In this document: positions 42,717 to 51,764 of the stretch, piece after piece
How the letters are laid out: every line of letters starts with the position of its first letter
Position numbering within the stretch: the stretch's first letter is position 1
Assembly (NCBI GenBank): GCA_030656575.1
Contig: JAUSPO010000030.1
Location: forward strand, 1 to 61,297
Source: Bacillota bacterium
Lineage (GTDB): Bacteria > Bacillota > Dethiobacteria > DTU022 > UBA8154
Direction: 5' to 3'
Length of the DNA stretch: 61,297 bases
Program-made: the position numbers and the translations under genes
Notes under the pieces: model-generated
Database searches by the model: none
The model's input: only the letters and a program-made list of their open reading frames with translations
What the model was told of the DNA's origin: nothing

Positions 42717-43262
42717 TTGAGACATTATTATTACACGATAGCTGCTTTGGAAACTATTAGGCTGGAAGACAAAGTCCCCATCAGCGAGGCCAAGTTTCTG
42801 CAGTTTGCAGAAGACACCCTAAATGCGAAAGATTACCAAGTCCTGCTCAAAAGCCGTTGGGGCCTTACTGAGCCAACAGGCTTATTTTTCGCTGACCGGA
42901 TTCTCTCCTGGGAAAAAGAACTACGGCTGGAATTGGGTAAAGCCCGGATTTTGAAACTACAGTTCGACCCACTTCCGGTTCTACCGGCGTCCGATGGTAA
43001 CGATGCCTTGCTGGAAAAAGTGCGTGCAGCCCTGGCTCTGGATTCGCCATTGGATGCGGAACGTTTTCTGGATCATTTGCGGTGGAGTTTTATAGAGGAC
43101 ATGAGTGCTTGCCACTTTTTTGACCTCGAGGCTTTAGTCGTGTACTATTTTAAACTTCAGATTGCTTTGCGTCAGGAGAAATTTCAGAAGGAGCTTGGTC
43201 AGGAGTCTTTTGAAAAGGCATACGCTGCCGTAACTGAAAGTTTTAATATAACTACGCTATAG
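42717..43262 (+). CDS. DUF2764 family protein (subunit C-like partner of the A/V-ATPase)
   Basis: YYYTIAAL, WEKELRLEL, HFFDLEALVVY; positioned between subunits E and A. Confidence 0.8.
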   Translation: MRHYYYTIAALETIRLEDKVPISEAKFLQFAEDTLNAKDYQVLLKSRWGLTEPTGLFFADRILSWEKELRLELGKARILKLQFDPLPVLPASDGNDALLEKVRAALALDSPLDAERFLDHLRWSFIEDMSACHFFDLEALVVYYFKLQIALRQEKFQKELGQESFEKAYAAVTESFNITTL

Positions 43263-43269
43263 AAATGGG

Positions 43270-45024
43270 ATGAAGATGATTAACAAGGTAATTGGAGTTA
43301 GCGGAAATATGGTTTCTGTGGAATTCACCGGCGAAGCTTCGATGAACGAAGTCTGTTACATCATTACCGGGGGAAAGAAATTAAAATCCGAGGTCATCCG
43401 TATTAAGGGTAATGTGGCTGATGTCCAGGTCTTTGAGATGACTACGGGAATTGGTGTGGGGGAAACTGTTGAATTCACCGGTGAGTTATTGAGTGTGCAA
43501 CTGGGCCCTGGTTTGCTGGGGCAGGTATATGACGGACTGCAAAACCCCTTACCCAAGCTGGCGGCTGAATGTGGATTTTTTCTGGATCGGGGCGTGTATC
43601 TCTCGGCCCTCGACGAGACTAAGGTGTGGAAATTTACCCCGTCTGTGGAAGCCGGTGCCAAAGTTGAAGCCGGTGAACAAATCGGTTTTGTCAGAGAAGG
43701 TATTTTCAACCATTGGATTATGGTGCCATTTCACCTTGACGGTGTTTTGACCGTAAAGCGCATCGTTGCGGCAGGGGATTACACCATTAAAGACATTGTG
43801 GCGGAGGTTGAAGATGAAAAAGGTGACCTTCACCCTTTGACGATGGTTTTTAACTGGCCTGTAAAAAGGGCTATTAAGAGCTATGCAGAGCGCTTGAAAC
43901 CATCGGAAACATTGATTACAAAATTAAGGATTATTGACACTTTTATTCCAGTGGCTAAAGGCGGCACTTACTGCATTCCCGGTCCATTCGGTGCCGGCAA
44001 GACGGTCCTGCAGCAGGTTACTTCCAGAAATGCAGAAGTGGACGTGGTTATCGTCGCCGCTTGTGGTGAACGTGCCGGTGAGGTGGTGGAGACTTTAAAA
44101 GAGTTTCCAGAGTTGATCGATCCGAAAACTGGTCGCTCTTTGATGGAAAGGACCATCATTATATGCAACACTTCCTCCATGCCGGTAGCGGCCCGGGAAG
44201 CTTCCGTCTATACAGCTGTCACCATGGCCGAGTATTACCGCCAGATGGGTCTGAATGTTCTTCTGCTGGCAGATTCAACTTCACGGTGGGCCCAGGCCAT
44301 GCGCGAAATGTCTGGCAGACTGGAGGAAATCCCCGGAGAGGAAGCATTTCCTGCGTACTTGGAGTCCTTGATTGCCGGCTTCTACGAGCGGGCTGGCATT
44401 GTCCGTCTCAAGAGTGGCGCTATAGGTTCGGTAACCATCGGCGGCACTGTTTCGCCTGCTGGCGGTAACTTTGAGGAACCGGTGACCCAGGCCACCTTGA
44501 AGGTTGTGGGAGCCTTTCACGGCTTGTCACGCCAGCGATCTGACGCTCGCAAGTACCCTGCTATCCACCCCCTGGAGTCATGGTCAAAATATAAGGGCAT
44601 CATCGATGAGCAAAAAACGGATTATGGTCGCTCTATTCTCTTTAAGGGCGATGAGGTAGACCAAATGATGAAAGTGGTTGGTGAAGAAGGGACCTCACTG
44701 GATGATTATATTATTTATCTCAAATCGGATTTTTTGGATTTCGTTTATATCCAGCAGAACTCTTTTGACCCTGTGGATAATGCCGTTGAGCCTGAGCGTC
44801 AACAGTATACCTATGATATTATCATGGATATCCTGACGGCCAAATTAAATTTTGCCAGCAAAGAGGAAGCCCGTTCCTGGTTTAATAAGGTACGCCAGAA
44901 CTTCCTTGACTATAACGGCAAAAAATGGAAGAGTGACGAGTTCAATAAACTGGAAATAACCATCTCTCAATTGCTGGCCGATAAGAAAATAGGTGTCGAA
45001 GCTGATGCCGAGTTTTTAGGCTAA
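43270..45024 (+). CDS. atpA: A/V-type ATP synthase subunit A
   Basis: PGPFGAGKT, CGERAGE, NTSSMPVAAREAS, ADSTSRWA. Confidence 0.97.
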   Translation: MKMINKVIGVSGNMVSVEFTGEASMNEVCYIITGGKKLKSEVIRIKGNVADVQVFEMTTGIGVGETVEFTGELLSVQLGPGLLGQVYDGLQNPLPKLAAECGFFLDRGVYLSALDETKVWKFTPSVEAGAKVEAGEQIGFVREGIFNHWIMVPFHLDGVLTVKRIVAAGDYTIKDIVAEVEDEKGDLHPLTMVFNWPVKRAIKSYAERLKPSETLITKLRIIDTFIPVAKGGTYCIPGPFGAGKTVLQQVTSRNAEVDVVIVAACGERAGEVVETLKEFPELIDPKTGRSLMERTIIICNTSSMPVAAREASVYTAVTMAEYYRQMGLNVLLLADSTSRWAQAMREMSGRLEEIPGEEAFPAYLESLIAGFYERAGIVRLKSGAIGSVTIGGTVSPAGGNFEEPVTQATLKVVGAFHGLSRQRSDARKYPAIHPLESWSKYKGIIDEQKTDYGRSILFKGDEVDQMMKVVGEEGTSLDDYIIYLKSDFLDFVYIQQNSFDPVDNAVEPERQQYTYDIIMDILTAKLNFASKEEARSWFNKVRQNFLDYNGKKWKSDEFNKLEITISQLLADKKIGVEADAEFLG

Positions 45025-45045
45025 CGACCCAAGGAGGGTGTAAAT

Positions 45046-46344
45046 TTGCAAAAAGTATATAGTAAAATTGAATCAATCTCTGGAAACGTTATTACAGTGA
45101 CTGCTGCGGGAGTGCGTTATAAGGAGCTTGCCGTTGTGGGAACCAGGTATGGTTCTTCTTTGGCGGAAGTTATCCGTCTGAAACGTGATGAAGTGGCCTT
45201 GCAGGTGTTTAATGGCGGAAGGGGCGTATCTACCGGGGATGAGGTCAGATTTTTGGGGGAACCCATGAAGGTTTCCTTTTCCGATAACCTTTTAGGGCGG
45301 ATCTTTGATGGTTCAGGACGACCACGGGATGGCGGTCCTGAGCTCACTGATTCTATGATTGAAATCGGCGGGCCTTCCGTCAACCCCGCCAAGCGTATTA
45401 TTCCTCGCAGGATGGTTCGCACTGGGATTCCTATGATCGACCTTTTTAATACGCTGGTGGAGTCGCAGAAGCTGCCAATATTTTCTGTTTCGGGAGAACC
45501 TTATAACGAACTTCTGGCCAGGATTGCCCTGCAGGCTGAGGTTGACCTTATTATTCTCGGAGGCATGGGGCTTAAATACGATGACTATCTTTTCTTCAAG
45601 GAGACCCTGGAAAAGGGTGGCGTGCTGTCTCGGACAGTCTTTTTTGTGCATACCGCTTCTGACCCTGTGGTGGAATCCCTGCTGGTGCCTGATATCGCTT
45701 TGGCTGTAGCGGAGAACTTTGCCATCCATGGCAAGCGGGTACTGGTGCTGCTGACAGACATGACTAACTTTGCCGATGCTATGAAGGAAATTGCTATTAC
45801 CATGGAGCAGGTTCCGTCTAACCGTGGATACCCCGGAGACCTTTATACCCAGTTAGCTTCCCGATATGAAAAGGCTGTTGACTTTGATGGGTCAGGTTCC
45901 ATCACTATCCTTGGGGTGACGACCATGCCCGGGGATGATGTTACCCACCCTGTCCCGGATAACACCGGCTACATTACTGAGGGCCAGTTTTATCTGCGCA
46001 ATGGCCGCATAGAACCATTCGGCTCCCTGTCCAGGTTAAAACAGCAGGTAAACGGTGATACCCGGCCAGATCATCGCGCTATGATGGACGGCATGATAAA
46101 ACTGTACGCTGCCTACAAAGAGTCCCTGGAGAAGAAATCCATGGGTTTCAAAATGTCAACCTGGGACGAGAAGCTTTTGACTTATGGCGATATGTTTGAA
46201 CGGGAAATGATGGATCTTTCCGTGAACATTCCCCTGGAGTCTGCCCTAGACAAAGGCTGGGAAATTCTGGCCAGCTGTTTTGAGCCGGAGGAAACAGGGT
46301 TAAAGTCGGAACTGATAGCCGAATACTGGCTGAATAAGGTGTAG
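45046..46344 (+). CDS. atpB: A/V-type ATP synthase subunit B
   Basis: [38 protein letters not shown]. Confidence 0.97.
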   Translation: MQKVYSKIESISGNVITVTAAGVRYKELAVVGTRYGSSLAEVIRLKRDEVALQVFNGGRGVSTGDEVRFLGEPMKVSFSDNLLGRIFDGSGRPRDGGPELTDSMIEIGGPSVNPAKRIIPRRMVRTGIPMIDLFNTLVESQKLPIFSVSGEPYNELLARIALQAEVDLIILGGMGLKYDDYLFFKETLEKGGVLSRTVFFVHTASDPVVESLLVPDIALAVAENFAIHGKRVLVLLTDMTNFADAMKEIAITMEQVPSNRGYPGDLYTQLASRYEKAVDFDGSGSITILGVTTMPGDDVTHPVPDNTGYITEGQFYLRNGRIEPFGSLSRLKQQVNGDTRPDHRAMMDGMIKLYAAYKESLEKKSMGFKMSTWDEKLLTYGDMFEREMMDLSVNIPLESALDKGWEILASCFEPEETGLKSELIAEYWLNKV

Positions 46345-46347
46345 GCC

Positions 46348-46947
46348 ATGGCAAAAATAAAATTTACCAAAAATGAATTAAAAAAACAAAAAGATGAGCT
46401 CAAAAGGTTTCAGCGCTATTTGCCGACACTGGTTCTGAAGAAGCAGCTGCTGCAGATGGAGATACGGCAAGTTGAGGTGCAAATAAAAGTGAAACGCCTG
46501 GAGCGGGAAAACATGTACTCGGAGCTGATGAACTGGGTTCATGTATTTGGAGAGGAGATAAACCTTGCCGAGCTGGTCAAAGTTAAAGAGGCAGATTTAA
46601 GCTCCACCAACATCGCCGGTGTGGATATCCCTGTTTTTCGGGGAATTAAATATGAGAACATTCCCTATGACCTTATGGTATACCCCCTGTGGGTGGATGC
46701 CGGCATCAAAAAGCTGCAAGAAATTTCTTCTACGGACATGGAACTGTCTGTCTTGGAAAAGCAGGCACTCTTATTGGCAGATGAGCTGAGAATTACCACA
46801 CAACGAGTCAACCTGTTCGAAAAGGTAAAGATACCTGAAACAAAGGAAAACATCCGGCGTATCAACATTTTCCTTGGCGATCAACAGACAGCAGCCGTTG
46901 TGCGGGGCAAGATGTCTAAAAGTAAACTGGTCAGGGGGGCGGCGTAA
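46348..46947 (+). CDS. atpD: A/V-type ATP synthase subunit D
   Basis: TKNELK, YLPTL, TTQRVNLFEKVKIP. Confidence 0.93.
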   Translation: MAKIKFTKNELKKQKDELKRFQRYLPTLVLKKQLLQMEIRQVEVQIKVKRLERENMYSELMNWVHVFGEEINLAELVKVKEADLSSTNIAGVDIPVFRGIKYENIPYDLMVYPLWVDAGIKKLQEISSTDMELSVLEKQALLLADELRITTQRVNLFEKVKIPETKENIRRINIFLGDQQTAAVVRGKMSKSKLVRGAA

Positions 46948-46950
46948 GCA

Positions 46951-48900
46951 ATGATTATAGAGATGAAAAAAATATCGATGGTTGTCCAAACCAAAGATAA
47001 AGAATCAACTCTTGATTTGCTGGGGGAGCTTGGCCTTGTCCACCTGGAGGACTTTCAGTGTTCTTCCCCGGACGTAGAGGATGCTATGGCCAAAAAGAGC
47101 AGGGCGGAAGCTGCCTATACTTTTTTGGCGGAATTCAAAACCAAGGAAGAACTGCCCCCACCATCTTTAAGTCCAGTTGAGGCGGTAGAGGATGTGTTGC
47201 AGATCGGGGAGAATCTTCAGGCCGTTAAGGAGCGGGCAGTATTTTTGGACAAGAGAATTACCGAACTGCAAAGCTGGGGGGATTTTGATCCCGAAGACTT
47301 TAAATTCCTGGCGGTCAAAGGCTACCATCTTAAAATCTATTATGTTTCCCGTGAGAAACTCGAAAGAATGAATGATATCGAGGGTGACGTAGTGGTTTTA
47401 AGAGAGGATAAAAAAGGTCTTGCTTTTGCCCATATTACCAGAGAGCCCGTGACCCTGGAGGAATTTGACGAATTTATCATTCCTCCTCAAAGCCTCAGCG
47501 CTATGCAAACAGAAAAAAATGAATTATCGGAGAAAATCGCGGAACTTACGGGAAAAGCACAATATTATTATGGTCTCAGGCCTGCTATAAAGGTCTATGT
47601 GGATAGTTTGGAGTCGAATCTGCAATATTGGATTGCCAAAGCAAATGCGATGGATGAAGAAAACCTCACGGCTGTCGTCGGTTATCTTCCAGTTGACGGG
47701 ACGGAGGCCGTACAAAGTTGGGCTCGCCAAAATTCTGTCGCCATAGCCATAACAGATCCTGACCCGTCAGACCCCATACCCACTCTAGTCCGCAATCCCA
47801 AGTGGTTGGAAATTGTCAGTCCTGTTTTTAAGTTTATGGGCACGGTGCCCGGCTATCAGGAATTGGATATCAGCCTCTTTTTCCTTTGTTTTTTCACCAT
47901 ATTCTTTGCGATGATTATCGGGGATGCTGCCTATGGTGCCATCTTTTTCCTGGGAGGATTAGGGTTAGTATTTTACTACAGCATGTTCAAAAGAGAGAAG
48001 CCGCCTTTGGCTGCATGGCTTTTTACCTTCCTTGGTATGGTCACAGTAGTTTGGGGGAGTATAAACGGTTCCTGGTTTGGAAGTCCTGAACTGATCAAGG
48101 GCACTTTCCTGGAAAGACTGATAGTCCGCCAGTTGACGGAGGGATTCAGCGTTTATACCCCCGCTGGGGAATTTTATAAGGAATTAAGAAGTCAGGATGT
48201 CATTATGCTGTTATGTTTCATTATTGCTTTAGTCCATCTGACTATCGCTCAGGTTTGGAATTTTTTACAAGCTGTAGCCCAACGTTCCCTGCAAGCTGTG
48301 GGTCAGGTTGGATGGATGCTAATAAACTTTGGTCTCTTCTACCTGGTTTTAGATATGGTGATGAGCTTTAATCTTGACGAGGCATTAGGTGCGGGAGGTC
48401 TTGTCTCGAGCGCGAGTTTAAATTTAATTTTTGGCGGATTAGGACTGGTGGTCCTCTTCGGCTCACAAGAGGGTCGCTTTTTTAAAGGGATTCTTGCAGG
48501 CCTTGGAGGGGTGCCGAACACTGTCCTGGGGTCTATTGGAGCTTTTGGTGATATCATTTCCTATGTAAGGCTTTTCGCCATGGGTCTGGCTGGAGCCGAA
48601 ATCGCGAAAAGTTTTAATAATATGGCCGGCGGCCTTTTATCGGGTAATACCATCATTATAGGAGTACTGATATTGTTTATAGGGCACATTTTTAATTTCG
48701 TGCTATGCGTCTTGGGAGTGTTAGTTCACGGAATTCGTTTGAAAATGCTGGAATTCTCCGGCCGTCTTGGTATACAGTGGTCCGGTCACGAGTATAACCC
48801 TTTCAGCGTCCGGAGAGATATCGCCTACCCAGCAGCGATGTCTGCTAAAACACGAAGAGTGAGCCCCGCTGTTGGTAGTGTATCGGAAATCATAAGCTGA
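46951..48900 (+). CDS. A/V-type ATP synthase subunit I (a)
   Basis: PGYQELD, IIGDAAYG, DIISYVRLFAMGLA, HGIRLKMLEF. Confidence 0.93.
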   Translation: MIIEMKKISMVVQTKDKESTLDLLGELGLVHLEDFQCSSPDVEDAMAKKSRAEAAYTFLAEFKTKEELPPPSLSPVEAVEDVLQIGENLQAVKERAVFLDKRITELQSWGDFDPEDFKFLAVKGYHLKIYYVSREKLERMNDIEGDVVVLREDKKGLAFAHITREPVTLEEFDEFIIPPQSLSAMQTEKNELSEKIAELTGKAQYYYGLRPAIKVYVDSLESNLQYWIAKANAMDEENLTAVVGYLPVDGTEAVQSWARQNSVAIAITDPDPSDPIPTLVRNPKWLEIVSPVFKFMGTVPGYQELDISLFFLCFFTIFFAMIIGDAAYGAIFFLGGLGLVFYYSMFKREKPPLAAWLFTFLGMVTVVWGSINGSWFGSPELIKGTFLERLIVRQLTEGFSVYTPAGEFYKELRSQDVIMLLCFIIALVHLTIAQVWNFLQAVAQRSLQAVGQVGWMLINFGLFYLVLDMVMSFNLDEALGAGGLVSSASLNLIFGGLGLVVLFGSQEGRFFKGILAGLGGVPNTVLGSIGAFGDIISYVRLFAMGLAGAEIAKSFNNMAGGLLSGNTIIIGVLILFIGHIFNFVLCVLGVLVHGIRLKMLEFSGRLGIQWSGHEYNPFSVRRDIAYPAAMSAKTRRVSPAVGSVSEIIS

Positions 48901-48931
48901 AATAAAATATAACTATAAGGAGCGTAATAAT

Positions 48932-49378
48932 ATGGTTGAGTATGGATTAATGGGTATCGGTGCAGCACTTGCTCTTGCTGCTGTAGGTTCCGGATTGGGC
49001 ATCGGTGCGGCTGGGCAGGCAGTTATTGGGGCGTGGAAGAGGGCTTTTATGCAGAATAAGCCGGCGTCATTTATGTTGTTGGCTTTCACAGGTTTCCCTC
49101 TGTCCCAGACTTTTTACGGCTTGATTTTAATGAATACCATCGTGGCATCAGCGCACCTTTTGGAAAGCGGGGTTATACTTGGAATCGGCATTTTTGGCGG
49201 CTTGGCCATCGGAGCTTCCGCCTATGCGCAGGGCGTGGCTGGTGCCGCCGCCGTTGACGCTTTTGGAGAAACGGGCAAAGGGTTCACCAACTATGTTTTG
49301 GTTCTGGGTGTTATAGAATCCGTTGCTTTGCTGGCAATGGTGTTTTTGATGACTATCATCACCACCATCGCAGGGTAA
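48932..49378 (+). CDS. A/V-type ATP synthase subunit K (c), 4-TM
   Basis: Gly-rich hairpins, PLSQTFYG, AQG, IES. Confidence 0.92.
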   Translation: MVEYGLMGIGAALALAAVGSGLGIGAAGQAVIGAWKRAFMQNKPASFMLLAFTGFPLSQTFYGLILMNTIVASAHLLESGVILGIGIFGGLAIGASAYAQGVAGAAAVDAFGETGKGFTNYVLVLGVIESVALLAMVFLMTIITTIAG

Positions 49379-49485
49379 TTTCCCGGCGGGCATGTCTCCC
49401 CTTGCAGTACTTGGAAAAAGCAAGGGATCCGGGCTATACCTTACATGTAGGATATAAGAAAAGCTTGTAATTTTAATCTCTTGAT

Positions 49486-49530
49486 ATATGCAAATAAGGC
49501 AGGGATAATATCCCTGCCTTATTTGCATAT
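49486..49530. terminator. Perfect 21-bp inverted repeat between the convergent ATPase operon and ldh
   Basis: ATATGCAAATAAGGCAGGGAT-AAT-ATCCCTGCCTTATTTGCATAT. Confidence 0.8.
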
Positions 49531-49639
49531 TCCGTTGCAGATTAGCACTTTGCTGCAGAACAGCCCTTACCAGATGATGAAAATAATCCGGATTAATGGT
49601 CTCCAACCGGGTTTCGGTTTATAGGCTTGGTTTCGGTGC

Positions 49640-50596
49640 TCACGAATGCCGGGCAAACGTTTCCGTGAACTCTATTGGAAGTGATCTTTTGACAACTTCT
49701 GCTGAGCGTATAAAGTTCCGTTTTTCTTCATCATTCAGTTCAAAGGGAATAATATTTTCCACGCCATCCCTTCCCAGGACACAGGGAACACTGAGATAAA
49801 TATCTTTCACGCCATAATTGCCATCTATAAGTGAAGAGACTGTCAGTACGGAATGCTCATCACGCAAAATACTTTCCGCTATTCTTCGCAGAGCAAGGGC
49901 AATAGCATAGTAAGTTGCGCCTTTTTCGCTGATTATCTCATAGGCAGATTCCCGTACTTTTTGTATGAGATCGTCTCTTTTTTTGGATGAGCATACATTA
50001 GTGCAGGTTTCACAAAAGGCTGTAAGAGGAATTCCTGCAACATTTGCGGTACTCCAGAGGGGAACTTCCGAATCACCGTGTTCTCCGATCACATAGGCAT
50101 GAATATTCCGGGGATCAATATTACAGCGGGCGCTTAAAAGATGCCGGAAACGTGAAGTATCCAAGACTGTCCCTGAACCTATTATTCTTGAGTGAGGAAG
50201 ATTAGAAAATTTCCATACCACATAAGACATAATATCGACTGGATTGGTTACCACAATAAAAATGGCATCAGTATTATGTTCTAAAATATCTGTGAGTATT
50301 TCTTTCATGACCCCCGTATTGATCTCCACAAGATCCATACGTGTCTGCCCTTGTTCCTGAGAGGCTCCTGCAGTGATAATTATTATATCCGCGTTTTTGC
50401 AATCTTCATATTCACCTGCATATATATGAACAGGCTTAATGAAAGAAGCCCCGTGACTGAGATCCATCGCTTCACCATGGGCCTTTTCTTTTTTTTTATC
50501 AATTAATACGATTTCCTGGGCTGTCCCGCCAAGCATTAGAGCATAAGCTGTAGTAGAACCTACAAAACCAGCTCCTATAATTACAACTTTGGCCAC
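49640..50596 (-). CDS. ldh: L-lactate dehydrogenase
   Basis: GAGFVG, GQTRMDL, TNPVD, GTVLDTSRF, GEHGDS, KGATYY. Confidence 0.95.
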   Translation of the reverse strand: MAKVVIIGAGFVGSTTAYALMLGGTAQEIVLIDKKKEKAHGEAMDLSHGASFIKPVHIYAGEYEDCKNADIIIITAGASQEQGQTRMDLVEINTGVMKEILTDILEHNTDAIFIVVTNPVDIMSYVVWKFSNLPHSRIIGSGTVLDTSRFRHLLSARCNIDPRNIHAYVIGEHGDSEVPLWSTANVAGIPLTAFCETCTNVCSSKKRDDLIQKVRESAYEIISEKGATYYAIALALRRIAESILRDEHSVLTVSSLIDGNYGVKDIYLSVPCVLGRDGVENIIPFELNDEEKRNFIRSAEVVKRSLPIEFTETFARHS

Positions 50597-50788
50597 ATTT
50601 CCCCCACCTTTCATTCATAAACAAAGTCAGGTCAAAAAAACTTAATGTTTTAGATATAACCGTGTTTCCACTTTTTATACTAACCATCATGTCTCTGTGG
50701 ACCTATGAACAAAATGAGGTTAATAAGAAAACAATGTATCCCTCAGATGACGTCGCAATGTAAAATGGTTACCTGCTTTTGCTACCCC

Positions 50789-51044
50789 GGGTGGTAAATG
50801 CTGAGACGGAAAACGGTTTCCCGCGGAAAGCTCTAAGGCTCAACTCCAGGCCATAGGGGACATTCCTCTGCAAGAGGTGTGTCCCCATACCTTGAAAAAA
50901 TGGACTTCCCCGGCGGAACTCCCATCCTGGTCGTCGCCAAGCCTGCTGACATCGTGTCAGCAGGGTCACCTCCAGCCTTACGTTTCGCCAAGAGCATTTA
51001 AACCGCAGGAAACAGAGTTATTCCGTCAACAGCATTCACCACCC
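50789..51044 (-). ncRNA. Unassigned structured non-coding unit, copy A (with inserted REP-like hairpin)
   Basis: Long terminal stem GGTGGTGAATGCTG.../...CAGCATTTACCACC; core homologous to 51261-51474. Confidence 0.6.
50853..50902. repeat. REP-like hairpin GGGGACATTCC...GGTGTGTCCCC
   Basis: Same family as 31.9, 53.7 and 57.3 kb. Confidence 0.85.
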
Positions 51045-51260
51045 CTCCTACTAACGAACACAAACCTGCTGTTCATAACTATAATGAGATGACTGCTATC
51101 AAAACACTCTGTTTTCCTCAGATGGCAGATGAATGTAGGTTGCCAATTATGTCGCGAAGCAAAAAGTTACCGTAGTACTTCAAGTGGAACTTGGAGTAAA
51201 CTATATCCTTCGCCATCCCACCATGTATTTAAGATGGTTCCACCACCTGTGTACCTCCCA

Positions 51261-51474
51261 GGTGGTGATCGCTGTTGGCAGAGACGACTTAGTTCAAGTA
51301 GGTCATAAGCTCTCGGCGAAGCGTAAGCACGAAGGTAACTCTGCTGACAGGACGTCAGCAGACCCGTGGACGACCTGGACGGGAGTTCCCACGGGGAAGT
51401 TATCGTAGTGCCGGAGCTGAGGCGATAGAGCTGACCACTTGAACTTGGAGACTCTGCTTCAGCGACTCACCACC
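51261..51474 (+). ncRNA. Unassigned structured non-coding unit, copy B
   Basis: Terminal stem GGTGGTGATCGCTG.../...CAGCGACTCACCACC with compensatory changes relative to copy A. Confidence 0.6.
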
Positions 51475-51538
51475 CTACTACCCACAGATGGTGCAGGAAT
51501 GTAGGCCCCCGATTTGTGCAGCGAAATAAAAAGTTTAC

Positions 51539-51623
51539 GGTGAAGCGAGAAATGGAGACGATCCAGTTTGACTGGATGTCAGATGCTAGCAGACGACCAT
51601 AGACGGGAGTTCTGCCGGGGGAG
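51539..51623 (+). repeat. Partial third copy (core only) of the structured unit
   Basis: GGTGAAGCG...hairpin...GACGACC-ATA-GACGGGAGTTCTGCCGGGGGAG. Confidence 0.6.
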
Positions 51624-51764
51624 CAAAAGCGAATACCTTACGTATAGAGGAAGTGTATCCAGAAGTAATAGGAAAATGGCAGAAACAGTTATTTTCTGTT
51701 ATTGCGCATTATTTTCTATCAAATTGAATATAATATATTGAAAAGGCAGGGAAGGGAGATTCTT

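Noticed and set aside
50769-51408. Short ORFs 50769-50969, 50877-51092 and 51184-51408
   Set aside because: No RBS or recognisable motifs; they cross inverted repeats and are not preserved between repeat copies.
50741-51623. Assignment of the structured array to 6S RNA, RNase P, tmRNA, SRP, raiA motif, HEARO, group I/II intron or hammerhead
   Set aside because: None of their diagnostic motifs were found by eye (e.g. GAGGAAAGUCC, tRNA-like ends, GGAA SRP loop, group II domain V, CUGAUGA/GAAA). A cmscan is still required.
50741-51623. Retron msr-msd or CRISPR array
   Set aside because: No reverse transcriptase or cas gene in the window, and the units are >200 nt without repeat-spacer regularity.
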